From NCBI GenBank assembly GCA_028534125.1, contig CM052817.1:66962001-67026000 (forward strand): a stretch of 64,000 nucleotides of DNA. Reading direction: 5' to 3'. The notes under the pieces are model-generated. The model saw only the letters and a program-made list of their open reading frames with translations, was not told where the DNA came from and did no database searches. This stretch comes from Lama glama. Taxonomy: Eukaryota. Below are positions 1 to 12,902 of the stretch, in pieces. Both the position numbers and the translations under genes were made by a program. Each line of letters opens with the position of its first letter. Position 1 is the stretch's first letter.

Positions 1-137
1 AAATCTAATGTTGTTTTTCCAAGTGGACAGCCACCTGTCCCACAACTGTTTGTAACATAGTGTCAACTTTCACATACAAAAAATAAATGTTCCATTTCTC
101 TTACATTAAATTCTCACATTAACAGAAAGCAGTGTCA

Positions 138-290
138 GAGAAGGGTATAGCTCAAGTGGTACAGTGCATGCTTAGCGTTTACAAGGTCCTGGGTTCAATC
201 CCTAGTACCTCCTCTAAAAATAAATAAATAAATAAATAAATAGACAAATAAATAGGACTAATTACCTCCCCACCAAAGCAAACAAAAAAC
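138..290 (+). mobile_element. tRNA-derived SINE, Vic-1 type (camelid)
   Basis: A box (TAGCTCAAGTGG) and B box (GGTTCAATCC), then a (TAAA)n tail and AATTACCTCCCC; degenerate TSD CAGAAAGCAGTGT / CAGAAATCTGTGT. Confidence 0.9.
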
Positions 291-2229
291 CAGAAATCTG
301 TGTTCACCATTCTAATCCATTGATCCCCTTTGTATTTCTGTGTCAAAACCACATACATATGTTTATAATAACCTAGTAGTTACTTCACTGCTCTATTATT
401 CTTAATTGTCTAAATTAGCTGTTCCTGAACATTTTTTTCAAACTAACTGTAGAATTCATTTTCAGGTTCCATGAGGAATCCTTTGAGGTTTTGTTTGAAA
501 TTGCACTTAGAGGAAATAATCCACTTATAATATCAAATTTTCCCATAGAGAAACACAAGAAATCTCTGCATTTATTTGTGATTTCTTTTATATCTCTAAA
601 TAAAACTTCATAGTTTTGTTTTGCGGGGGCTGTTGTTTGATCTTAACATTTTCAGTAAGTTTATTACTTGCATTTCTGTAATTTCATTTTTGTGAATTCA
701 TAAAGGCAAGAGGAAAACTTTCTTTGTTAGTTGACTAGCTTGAATTAGAAAGCCTATTACATTTCTTCGGAAAATTGGAATAAAAATATTCACCTTCCCA
801 GGATTATTTAATGATTAAGTGAGATAATATATGAAAACACTTTCCCTACCTGAAGGGTTAGGTAAGTATAAGGTGATATTACTGTGAGTATTTGAAGGAC
901 CAGGGCTAGGCCTTGGGTGTATGGAAATAATATGTATTGTATATTAATATATACAGTATGTAGCGTTTTAATTTTGATTGAACTTCTCTGCATTTGAACA
1001 GGTCCTATTTCTTAATGATTTCTCTCTTTATTTCCCATATTAAAGATAATAAGTAGGAGTCTAAAGATTCTAAATATCATGTTGACCTTAGAAATAAATA
1101 ATAAGTGTTAATTTATACTATTTGTTTGTCAGAAAAGTCAATTTTATCAATTAGGAATATGGCTTGAACTAACTGAAAGACACAAATGATGGATCCTGTT
1201 ATGTTTTTCTCACATGAGAGAAATTTAAATGTGGGCACTTGCTAATGCTGACCTCTCCACTAGATAATTCCGTAAGGAGACCTAGATCATCTCCATCTTT
1301 ATGCTCTGCCATTCTTGTACGATGATGTCTATTCAGTACCAAGGTGAATGCTACACCTATAGACTTCATGTTCTCATTCAAGGCAAAAATATGCCACCCC
1401 CAAAATATAAATCAAGCAATAATTCAAGTGGCATCTGTATACTTTTATCAGAAAAGTAATAGCCTTCTCACTGGAATCTTTCTTTGTGCAAAGCTATGTT
1501 ATATGTACAACTCTAGGTTTGAAAGAAGACTGAGAAATGAAGTTTAGCTTTGCTAGTCTTGTGATAGAGACAGGCTAGGGTGAAGAGGTTTAAAGGGTTT
1601 CATAATGTGTTTTGGATCAACCACTATACATTTCCAACCAAATAAATCTGAGAAGAAATGAGCTGAAAAATCAAGATGTTCATTGACTTATGATTTATTG
1701 TTACAAATGATATTTATTTTGATTATTTTAAATGTACCCTTGTTCTCAGTAGGTCAAATTACTACACACAGAGAGCTTTATGAGATTTTTCAAAGAATCC
1801 CAGATAAATAAAACTTTTTTTAAATGTAGAAGCAACATGGGCCATCATGAATCACTTATTAGTACACAATTTCTATAATTTCTTCTTCTCTTAGGCATGA
1901 CTCATCATTGAAGCTGGGAAATATTTTTATCTGTTAAGAGTAAACTGAATTATGCAAAGGACGGAAATAAAAAGCACACACATAAATAGGTTTTAATGGA
2001 TAGTTATGAGAATATTCTAATACTAAGTAATAACCAAAACGAGGGAAATTGGAATAAATGTGCAGTGTCTACTATCTGACAGGCAGTATCCTGGGCACAG
2101 TGGATAAATTCTTTAGCAGTGTAGATACGATCCTGCTCTCATATAGCTTATTGTTCAGTAGAACAAATAGAGGAGTAGCTCTGTTTTAGAAATTTACATG
2201 CATGATATATAATCAAGGCCAAACTGTCA

Positions 2230-2645
2230 TGCAGGCATTATTAGTCTCCTTTTTTTTTTTTAAAGGGAAAAAATGAGGCTTAGGGCTAAAAGTGACTTAG
2301 ACAATGATGCAGCATTTGTAAAGGATCAAATATGAGTCAAATAAACCTGAACATAAATTTACTACATTCTTCTACACTGCTACCCAGTACTAAGTTTCTA
2401 TTACACAAAAATTTGGTTATTTATGTTTTACTGAACTGAAATGTTTTCAGTCCATGACAAATGCACTACGTTCAGCCAACTAGTCTAAGTCCTATCTCGT
2501 AAGCTCTCTGGATCTTGACTTCGTCATTTGTAAATCAGGTAATAACTTCCCAATTAAAATTGCTATAAAGTTTTAACCATAAATACATATGAAAGCCTTC
2601 ATTGTAGTACCTAGGAGAACGTGTTTGTTCATAAAATGACAGCTA
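2230..2645. mobile_element. Two degenerate MIR fragments, probably in opposite orientations
   Basis: MIR core-like phrases: 'aaaatgaggcttagggctaaaagtgactt' and 'tctctggatcttgacttcgtcatttgtaaatcaggtaataac'. Confidence 0.5.
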
Positions 2646-3489
2646 GTTTATGATTCACAATGAGACTGTAAACCCTATAGAGGTAAAGACTTAGTTCTTT
2701 TCAACAAGAACATAGATATGATCATGAATGTAACAAGGGCTCTATAAATATGTGAGGCTGACTATTTAGTGTTTAGAAAGAGTAAGCCAACATTCTGTTA
2801 AATTTAAACAAATCACAGTTTTTCTCCCATATCAACATTCTATCACTAATAATCCAGTCAATTTAGAGTAAAGCAGTGATGGCCAATTATTTACTGCTTA
2901 TACAACTGGGGAAGAACGGAAGACAGCTGTTGTCTTAAAGAATGCATAAATATTGACACTCTCATTCTGATTGCGGTAGCGTTAAAATGGGCATCATATG
3001 AAAAGCTCTAAGTGGTTCCATTTTTTTTGATCCAACAATTACAATTCTAGGAGTTTATCCTAAAGGTATTATCATAAATTCCATAAAATAATTAAGATAT
3101 GAGAATGTTCATTATAAGTGTTTATAATAGTAATACTCGACTAGTTAACAGTTTACGGCCCTTCCACCCACACACAATATTAATATGCAGCCATTAAGAG
3201 AAATTATCTTAGCAAATAATAATAAGGGAATTTTTCAAATCTATTATTAAATTAACAAGCATACTTATTCAACTCCCCAGGCACTATAGGGGTCATGGCT
3301 GTATTTGTGTAAGTCAAGAATTTTATCAACAAAAATATGTCACATTGAGAACCTGTAGTTTCCTCTTGCTGCCATAACAAACTTCTCAAAACAGAGTAAA
3401 TTGAAGTAATTCAACTTTAATCACAGTATAGTTTTGGAGGCCGCAAGTTGAGCCAGTCTTACGTTTCTGGGGAAAATCTCACTAGTTTA

Positions 3490-3655
3490 TGATTTTTAAT
3501 CCTTTTTATATGTAGCTAGATTTGGTTTGGGGGCATTTTGTTGAGGATTTTTGTGTCTGTATTCATAAGAGAGATTGTTCTGTTGTTTCTTTGTTATATT
3601 TTTCCCTAGTTTTGGCTTCAGGTTAATTCTGGCCTCATGGAATGAGTTGTTAAGT
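3490..3655 (-). mobile_element. Old L1 ORF2 fragment
   Basis: 'attttgttgaggatttttgtgtctgtattcataagagagatt' is antisense L1 RT-region sequence. Confidence 0.75.
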
Positions 3656-3689
3656 ATAATAAAAGCAAAGTTATCAAATCATCATTAAG

Positions 3690-5160
3690 TGATGGAGACA
3701 TGGAGGGGAATGGATTTGAAGTAGTTAGATAAGTAGTTAAGTTTTAGGAGAATTGCTTTTGAAGTGCATCTTAGACATCTAAGTGTAGATCACAAGCAAG
3801 CTTTTGAATATAGGAGTCTGAGATAAAGGACAGGTAAGTTTAGAGCTATAAATTTGAGCTATAAATATGTTTTCAACATATATAGACAGTGTTTAAGATC
3901 TTGATACTAAACTTAATGAAGAATGTTACTGTGGTTAGACAAATTATCCAAAGATTGCATTCAGGGGTACTCTAACATTAAAATGTCAAGAAGAAAAGGG
4001 AAACTACCAAATAAAATTCAGAAGAAGCGGCAAAAAGGCGTAAATATTGCAGTTTTCTAGAACTCATGCAGTATATACAAAGCTGGAAGAAATAATCAAC
4101 CAAGTAATTTGCTGCTGATACTTCAGGTACAAGAAAAAAGAAAAAGAAAAACACACAATAAGAAAACAAAACAAATGTATTGACCATCAGATTTAACAAT
4201 GTGAAGTGGGATGATATTGGCATATAATTCTGTGTTCAGAGATCAATAGCTAATAGATATATCACATATAGATATATGTATAGATTATATATAAGTAAAT
4301 AGGTTTATAAGAATTTACTCTTGTGGTAGCTGAGTGGGCAGAGTAGGCAGTTGGGAAAAGAAGATGAATGTGAAGTGGAGGAAAAAATTTCCAACTGGAA
4401 CGGGCAAAGATTAAATAAAACCCAGTAGAATCAATTAAAATCCTTAGTGCCTCTCATGCTTCTAGCCTCCAACTTGAACGCTGTTAAGTATATTACAAGA
4501 GAAGCTGACACTTCACAGAGCTAAGTCCGTGCATAAAGAATCAGAAGAACTGAGGGGGATTCAAGGGAGCTGGGTTTGCTACAAGAAAGCTAACAAAGTG
4601 AACCAGCAGGTAATCAGCAGTCTGTATGAGATATAACAATGCCTCATGCTCTGACCTTCCCAGGTGTATGTATTTCATTTCCACTTTCTTTTCCATTTTC
4701 CAAAGATTGCATACAATGTTTATTGTGACCCATAACTCAGAATCATGCAGGTAAATAGATTCACCTTAATTAATCTAATACAAGTACACCACACTTGATA
4801 AGCCTTTCAATGTAATAACGTGAACAAAACACATAAATTTAAATTTACATGGGAAAGCGGAGATTTACATGGAATTAGTGGAAATATAGGCAGTTCTTTC
4901 AAAGAATATTACTCTACTAAGGGAAGCAGAGAAATGGAGCAATGTTGGAGGGGAGGTAAGGCAAGAAGGGTTTTTTTTAAAACTATGAGTGGAATGGGAG
5001 CGAATTTGTATGTTAATACATATGAGCCAATAAAAAGGGAAATTTTAGAGAGAAAGGAGACAGAGGGAAGAAATGCTGATGAAATAAGTGTCTTGGATTT
5101 GAAAGTGGGGTTAAGATTCAGTTCACAAGAGGCTGGCCTTAGATCTAAGTGTACAGAATC
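3690..5160 (-). mobile_element. L2 LINE relic, interrupted by an MLT2-like LTR
   Basis: L2-like text ('ttagacatctaagtgtagat...gaatataggagtctg...gagctataaatttgag') resumes after about 4795 ('gacagttctttc...gggaagcagagaaatgg'-like). Confidence 0.6.
4230..4790 (-). mobile_element. ERVL LTR, MLT2-like (old)
   Basis: (TA)-rich tract followed by 'tttataagaatttactcttgtggtagctg'; the other end resembles an MLT2 terminus; it sits between two L2 pieces. Confidence 0.45.
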
Positions 5161-5169
5161 TTTTTAAGA

Positions 5170-6320
5170 CAGACTGTATTCAAAGCCACAAAACAAGTTA
5201 GATAATTTTATTTCACCATATTAAATAAATTGGATTTCCACAAAGAAAACTTCAGTTCCAGATGACTTTACTGGTGAATTCTACTAAACATTTAAGGGAT
5301 AAATATTACCAATATTTATGCAAACTATTCCAAATTATTGAAGGGAAATGAATATACTCTGATTTATTTTATGAGGCCAGCGTTACCCTGACAACAAAAC
5401 CATAGAATAACATTACAATAAACTATAGACCAGTAACCCTCAAGAAAATAGGTGAAGTTTTGAGCAAATGGATTCCAACAATATATCAAAAGGCTAAAAC
5501 ATTAATGAACAAGTGGGAATTATCACACAAGTTCAAATTTGAGTCAACATTCATAGATCAGCAAATGTAATTAACCATATTAACCACTTAAGAAGAAAAA
5601 CCATATGATTATCTTACCATATGCATAAAAGCATTTGACAATACCCTACATTCTTCATATAAACATCATAGCTGCTTCCACAATTTGATAAAGGGTATCA
5701 ACAAAAATATACAACTTATACCTTACTTAATGGTGAAAACCCAAACACTTTTCTTTTAAGATCAGAATCAAGGCACACATATCTCCTCCTATCACTTCTA
5801 TTTGACATTGTGCTGGAGGTTCTGGCCTGCATACTAACATAAGAACTAAAAGGCATTGAAATTGGAAAATAAGTGCTCTACACTGGAATTTGACACAACA
5901 TTGTAAAATGATTATAAATCAAAAAAAATGTTAAAAAAAAAGAAATTGGAAAATAAAAAGACATGATAGCCTATACAAGAAATTTAGTGAAAAATATTTT
6001 TTAAAAGCTACTAGAATTAAACAAGTTTTGCAAGGATATAGTATACAAGATCAAGATATAAGACAATTACATGTCTATATACTTGTAATAAAAAATCAGA
6101 AATCAAGATTAAAAAATCATTAAACAGCATCAAATATAGAAGCACTTCCAGAATATCAAAGTAAGGATTTCTTAAAATCTGCTTTTCATAAAAAGCAAGG
6201 ATAACTGGCAAAATTTGTTAAAATCAACTTTTTCAGAACTTTGGAAGTTAACCAAAGGCATACAAAAATCCAGGGACCATTAATTCAAGAAAAATGGCTG
6301 AATTTTATAAAGAACCTTCC
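5170..6320 (+). mobile_element. Old L1M ORF2 (RT region) relic plus an adjacent L1M fragment
   Basis: Degenerate matches to L1 ORF2 motifs PDGFTGEFY, FYEASITL, NYRP, KNHMI..AFD, LLFDIVLEV; many stops and frameshifts. Confidence 0.85.
5873..5941 (+). mobile_element. 69-bp 5'-truncated young L1 3' terminus with poly(A)
   Basis: Near-identical to 23551-23618 (end of the young L1); perfect 15-bp TSD GAAATTGGAAAATAA at 5858-5872 and 5942-5956. Confidence 0.93.
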
Positions 6321-8247
6321 TATCTTGGGGAATGGCAGGAAGGGGGAAGGGAATGTCAGGACATTCTTCTATATTGCTAAGGACTCTGGTATTGCAGAAA
6401 AAAATAATATAAGCATTGAAAAATGAATGGAACAGTGCCTCTCAATAACACATTAATTTATGTGTAATAGAATGCCTTTCTAAAAGATAATTTCAGATTT
6501 TAGCTTTATATTTTATAGGGTATAACTACAGAAGCTTGAATGTAAGATATTTTTAGTAAGGCTAAATTATATTTACATAGATGACAAAACAATTGTTTAA
6601 AAATTTAAAATTATTAACCAGATCAATTGTTTTGTCTATATAAAGCTGTGATTCATATTTCTTAATATCATAATTGTTTTAGGGAGCTAAGATATTTAAA
6701 CATCAAGTCATTATTTCACTTCTATTAACCACATACATAGCACATTAAAAAACTATTTTGTCCTCAATCAAGATAATTAAATATTTACTGAAAAATAATA
6801 TCGTTAAAGAATAGGTAGATGTTTAACTGATATATTGCAGTTTTACCATGTAAACATTTTTTATTCTGTAGTTAGTCTAGCTAGATGCTAAAAATTAAGC
6901 CAAATGATTTGATATCATAAAAAGCAGCCTGATCTGGGGACTCTGAACCTAACAATTGCTATTATTTTTATTAAAAAAATAGCTCCATACAGGAGCTTAG
7001 TTTGTAATTCAGTTTGTAATTTAATAGTTTGTGATTCAGATCAGTTAATAGAACTTCTGAATGACATAAGCAGACAGAGTCTTGATTATATTTCCTCTCT
7101 GAAGTTCTTATTCCTAAAATCTAAAAAGTTGGATAACAGTGGTCTCAACATATTGAATTTGTAACACATTACATTCTAGGAGTTATGCACTTGGAATTAA
7201 GACTCAACTTGACATTTCTGAACTTTATTAAATTTACTATCAGTCAGAACATTCTTAGAACAGAACATTTTCATTGAGTCTATGGCAGACTATTTTGGTC
7301 TGGCATTTAGGACCCAATTACTTTGGAAGGCCGTTTGACCATAGAAGTTGACTTATTCATTCATATTCTGTAGCCAAAGATATCAGAGCTTTAAAAAAAT
7401 GAACTCCATTCTCACTCTGTCTTTCATTAAATGATCTTTATCATTAAACTTATATTTCTGAAACAGTAACTTCCTTTGAGATTACTTTTACTTGGGAAAT
7501 AAGCAAGTACTAATGTACTTAATTAAGAAATTAAATTAGTGACATCATGAAAATTCGATTTTATTGCCCACTAAGACTTAGGCAGTGTTCAAACATCCTT
7601 AGTGAAATAATTAGCTGCTTGATTCCATGTGGTCTCTCAATAATTAGATTAGCTATATTGTTATTTCCATGGCAAGAATATGTATTAATAAAAGCAAAGA
7701 TTTGAAAGGCTAAAGCACCAAATGCCTAAAGACTATATGGTTGCGAGCTGTTTCTTCACCTCAGGTCTTTTGAACAAGTTACTGCCCTTCTGAGCATTAT
7801 AATGCTTTAATTTTAATTTTCTTTGAAAGCAGTCCAAAATTTTTATGGTGACTCTTCTTCAAAAATAAATAACACCATTACATAAACCAAACTTTATGAA
7901 GAAACGTAATTGATGTCTAAACTGAAAAAAAAACAAAATAGATATTTTCTCCTTTCTGTGTTGTGTGTCCAATCCCATTTTTCACAAACCTCTCTTAGAT
8001 TATACATCTTCCAGTTCTATCTAACATGCCACCTCTTAAATACATCTCTTATCCTTGCCACTGTCATACAAAATTCTCTGCACTGGCTCCTTGAGGTCCT
8101 ATAAATCAGATTTGCCTCCCCTTTTTAGGGTTTTACCATCTTGGTAACACTTTATATTTCCAGTACTCTTTACATTATTTCTTATTAAAGGAAAATCTTT
8201 TGTCTTATCAAGAAAATCATCTTTTTGCCACATTAAAATATTCTGTA

Positions 8248-8330
8248 TCAGAGTTCTAAACTTCTCTTGTGCTATGGACCTCTTTGAAAGTCTGAAAGCC
8301 TATATACTTCCTGAGAATATGTATTTTTGA
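8248..8330 (+). mobile_element. hAT-Charlie-type DNA transposon terminal fragment
   Basis: Begins CAGAGTTCTAAAC...TGTGCTATGGACC, resembling hAT-Charlie MITE ends. Confidence 0.45.
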
Positions 8331-8334
8331 ATTA

Positions 8335-8980
8335 AGACTTTATTTGTTTAGAGCAGTTTTAGGTTCACAGCAAAAATGAGGGGAAGGTATAGAGATTTCT
8401 GATATATCCCCTCCCTGTCCCCTATGGGGTATAGCCTTCCCCCTTATAAGTATTCCTCACAGGAGTGGTACATTTGTTACATTTAATGAACCTAAAATGA
8501 CACATCCTAATACCCAAAGTCTATAGTTTACACGAGGGTTCACTCTTGGTGGTGTGCATTCTGTGGGTTTGGACATATGTATAATGACATGTATCCATTA
8601 TTATGGTATCACACAGAGTAATTTCACTGCCCTAGAAATCCTTGTGCTCTACCTACTCATCCCTTTCCGACACTCCACCCTCTGACAACCGCTGCTCTTG
8701 TTACTGTCTCCATAGTTTTGCCTTTTCTATAATTATATCATATAGTTGGAATCAGACAGTATGTAGCCTTTTCAGGTTGGCTTCTTTCACTTAGTAGTAT
8801 GCATTTAAGGTGCGTCTATGGCTTTTCATGACTTGATAGCTCATTTGTTTTTAGTGCTGAGTAATATTCCATTGTCTGGATGGACCATAGTTTATTTACT
8901 CATTCACCTACTGAAAGACATCTTGGTTGCTTACAAGTTTTGGCAGTTATGAATAAAGCTGCTATAAACATCTGAGTGCT
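8335..8980 (-). mobile_element. L1MC/L1MB-type 3' end
   Basis: 'tttagagcagttttaggttcacagcaaaa' through 'aataaagctgctataaacat' matches antisense L1MC 3'UTR/ORF2 end. Confidence 0.85.
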
Positions 8981-9034
8981 TGAACTTGACCTCTTCTCAT
9001 TTGAGAAGACAGCTAAGTCTTCTCAGAAAGGTGG

Positions 9035-9260
9035 AGCACAGTTGTAGTGATGAAGTGTGTGGGCATAGAGGGCCAGTGACCTGGGTTTAGATACTTTAGA
9101 TAAATTGCTAACCCTCTGGATTTTAGTTTCCTTTTCTATAAAATGAGATTAAAAGTGTATTTTACCTTATACGAATGATGTGAATAATAGTTGAGATAGG
9201 CTTGTAAAGTGCTTGACACCAACTGGGCACAGAGTATAGTTCTTACTAAATGTTAACTAA
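9035..9260 (+). mobile_element. MIR SINE
   Basis: MIR core 'aacctctctg..tcagtttcct..tctataaaatgagat'-like sequence and 3' 'gtaaagtgcttg'. Confidence 0.7.
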
Positions 9261-10439
9261 CAGCATGTTATGTTAACAATGATTATGATGATGCAAGTAG
9301 TATGATACTCTCCTTCCACTTCATTCAACACACCACTCACAGATTCATTTTCCTGGGGTGCATGTTCTGACACCCACTCAGCAATTCACAGATGTTTTAT
9401 CTCATAGGCACTTCATTTGAGTCATTGCTCTAGAAGCTGGGAATGCAGAAATGAATAAGATAGCATTCCTCTGTTGAGTGGCTTACAGTCTCTCCCTCAT
9501 GTTAAGGAACTTTCACTAACCTCTAGTTGCCTTTGGAACCAATTATTCTAAAGTTCTCATATTTAAGGCTATCTGCTATATGCCTTTATAGTGGCAATTT
9601 CACCTCATCTTTTACCACTACTCCTCTGAGGCCATCAAATTGAGTCACTTGCTGTACCTCAAATGATCTTAAAGCTTTTCCATCTTTAAAGTATGTGCTT
9701 TTGAGAGCACTTTTAACTGTGCCTTAAGCTCTACAACCATTCTTCAAGTGTTATTTTACCCTTTATTGAAATTTTATAACTAAATGCAAATTTTGACTTC
9801 TCTGTAATCACCCCACCTCAACATTACTGCACATTTTTGGTGACACTTTATTTAGCCTCCTGACCTAATTATATAAATACGCATAGTTGTTTTTTGCCTT
9901 CTGACTCACATTAGCCATTATTATAAACACCTAAAGAGCTGTAACCATATCTTGTATATTGTAAGCCTTTTAGCACCTGGCAAAATGCTGGTACATAGAA
10001 TAGGATAGTAGTTTATCATTTCAATAAAAACAAATACAGTCACTGCATTAACATCCTATTGAAAGCAAATATATCTCTTTTTTGATATGAGCCTACGAAG
10101 CAAAGGGGTAATTTTTCTCCCACATAGTTAAGGTATCCTATTTTGATGGATGGTGAAGGCCACTACTTACCCACCAATATCCATTCTTCTCTTTTCCCTC
10201 AATAATGTAAGTTCTAGCTGAGTACATGACTGCCCAACTAAAGGCCAGATATCTCAGTCTCCCTTGCTGCTAGGTGTGCTGATACTACTGCATCCAGGCC
10301 AGTGAGATGTGAGCAACAGTGATGTGTATGAATTCCTGGCTGTTTTAAAGAGCAGGTAGGCACTCTTCCTGGTCCCTGCTCCTTTTTCACTGGCTGAAAT
10401 GTGGTTTCATGAAGCCTCCTGTGAGTGTGTAGATGGGAG

Positions 10440-11738
10440 TGATGAAATAAAATTAATATTTTAAGTCAAGACAAGAAAAATTTAAACATAAAATTTTTCT
10501 CTGTCCTTTTGGGCCTCCTCCTTCCTCTCTAGTGTGCATCCATCTGTGTTATATGTTAACCAGACCTCCCCATGGCAGAAATACCTACCCAACTATAAAG
10601 ATCAGTTTTTCTTCTTTTGATGCCAGCCAGCCATGTAACTCCTTGGAAGAAAACATTCTTTTCTCAATCCTGTAAAGGATCACAATGACCCGCCTTGTAC
10701 GTGCAGATACCTTGGGTGAACTTTATGTGCACTGCTAACATATCATTTCCCTTAAAGATAGTGATTGGTACAGAACAAAATGGATCAGATGAACTGGAGA
10801 GATACTGGGCTGCACCTAATGACAGTTCTTGGCGTAAATACTTACTTATGACTTTATTAATGTTATTAGCTATATTGTGTACATTCTACCCATTTTACAA
10901 GATTATTGTTTCTTGCATTTGCCAAACATGTGACTGAACATCCTATAAAAATAATAAGCAGTCAGCAACTTGAAACGATTGACCTCATATATAGTTCTAC
11001 ATGATCTGTGATTGTAATACTGTAACCCTAGCTATGGGAAGAAGCATCAAGAGGAAACCAGTTTCTGGACCATAACAGACTAGTAAGACAGGTGGTCCAG
11101 CGGCTCTTAGCTACTATTAACAGGGCCTAGTCCAGTAATAGCACACTGAGCGGCCTATCAGTGAAGTTCTCGCCTGACCTGGGAATGAGCGATCCTACCA
11201 CTGTGGGACAAATTTGTCACAAAATCCCTCCCAAACTTTGGTTGAAATGAAGGCCAACAGGGAGGGGATTAAAAAATAAAGAATGTTGCCCACCATCTGA
11301 TTCTACAAGAATCAAGTCATTAGCTACTGCAGTCGCTAACCTGCAATACACACTGAAAAGAATTCAGGGCAAAGATCAGGATGAGGCACTTTGTGCTCTG
11401 GGAAAACAGGCAGAACTGGCCCATTATATATTTTCAGGAGAAAATCTTAGGAAACCCAGTATCTTGCATCTTCCTATGCTTAGAAAAGCACTAAAATCAC
11501 TAACTAAGGTGTCTGTCCCTTTACAATAGCAGAAAACTTTAACCATGGTGTGTGCTCGACTGCAGTTACCCTTACCCCTTAGCCAAAATCACATGCATAC
11601 TGACCTCCCCCTTAGTCGTCAGAACAGTCCTCAGAGCTTTCTAAAAGACTGTCTTCCCGGTAATAATCCTCAGGTTGGCTCAAATGAAATTTTCAATTTC
11701 TTTCTTAGATTGACTATTGATTACTCTTTTCATTGACA
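10440..11738 (+). mobile_element. Long (1.3 kb) ERV1 MER41-like composite LTR element
   Basis: TG...CA termini; 4-bp TSD GGAG (10436-10439 and 11739-11742); MER41-like end 'ctcttttcattgaca'; last about 470 bp homologous to 59128-59597. Confidence 0.85.
10800..10985 (+). pseudogene. Retroviral env transmembrane/cytoplasmic-tail-like remnant inside the long LTR element
   Basis: Translates to SSWRKYLLMTLLMLLAILCTFYPFYKIIVSC (hydrophobic anchor after W and basic residues), then IISSQQLETID; lies upstream of a polypurine tract. Confidence 0.55.
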
Positions 11739-12362
11739 GGAGCAATACCAAGGGTTAATGAGAACAAGATAGGAAGAGCCTAGGTGTCTGATCTCAGGCA
11801 GTTAGCAAACCAGCCTGGACTTCTTATGCCCAAACTCTCATGTAAAAGAAAAATGAACTTTTACTTTGAAGAATTTTCTGTTTTAGTTGTCTGTTATAGC
11901 AGCCTAGCCTCTATTAAAAATAAAATGACTTGTTAATAACTTCATTTTTAACCTTATACAGTTGCTATATATTGTTTTGAAGAGCAGAGGTAGCTTTAGA
12001 TAAATATGCCAGAATCCTAATACAGAAATTTGAGATTAAAGGAGCAGGGCATTTTCACTTCTATGTACTAAAAAATAAAATAGTTTCAATACAGAAAGGA
12101 ATCAGAACAAAAGTAGAAAATATTATGGGAAAACTTTTCTTTTAAGTGAAAATATGTTAACATATCCAAGATATCAAAGATAGCTGTTACCAAATTTCTT
12201 AAGTTACATCTACTTAAAGTAGAATGGAAGAGAAGATTATTATTAATGACCCAGAATTAAGGTCATTATTAGTGAAAATGCTTAGGTTTTAGACCACGTC
12301 AAATTATGTCACTTTACACATAGCAAACATTAATGTATTATACTTAATGTAAAAATGACGAG

Positions 12363-12902
12363 GTAGGGCTGAGGAGGGGGAATTTCCCCCTCTACCCCTC
12401 TTGAGTTCTTGTGGCTGGACTAATAATAAAATTAACACAAGACAGATTAGAAGGAGGAAAAGAAACAAATTAAATTTACGCACAAAGAGGTCTCATAGAA
12501 ATAAAACCTAAGAAGTGACCAAAGCAGGCAGGTTTTAGACTTTTTAGGCAAAGAAACAATTTGTGAGGAATCAGTAGGACAAACAAACAGGTTTTCGGCA
12601 CTCAATTAGGGAAGAATTTAAGCGGGGTTTGGGCTTGGGGTAGTAACTTAAAGAAGTAACAAGATTTGTTTATATAGGCTTCTCATTCCCAGATTCCCTA
12701 CCTCTGGCAATACGATTGTCCTGTATCTCCAGGTGCAGGGAGTGCACTTTTCACCTGAGAGTTTCATTTCCTGCTTTCAGGAAGACACGGAGGAAGGTTA
12801 GAGTTTCCCTCTTGCATTAGCTGTTTCTTAAGTAACTTTAATCCAAAATAATCAATATGCCGTTAAGGCATATTTTGGGGTGGTCTGCCCTGGGCCCCAG
12901 CA
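12363..12902 (-). mobile_element. ERV1 solo LTR, MER34/MER39-like
   Basis: Reverse complement starts TGCTGGGG..CACCCCAAAATATGCC and contains 'taatctgtc'; homologous to 14471-14983. Confidence 0.8.

Larger units (their letters stand above)
10150..11910 (+). mobile_element. MaLR LTR (MLT1I/J-like) split by a younger ERV1 LTR
   Basis: 5' part 'acccaccaatatccattctt...cccttgctgctaggtgtg' (10150-10439); 3' part 'caagataggaagagcctagg...ctgttatagcagcc' (11739-11910). Confidence 0.75.

Noticed and set aside
138..213. tRNA gene
   Set aside because: A and B boxes are present, but an A-rich tail, a TSD and two related copies in the window show it is a SINE.
10695..10937. Domesticated env (syncytin-like) gene
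   Set aside because: Only about 80 codons, no ATG start, and no signal peptide, furin site or ectodomain.
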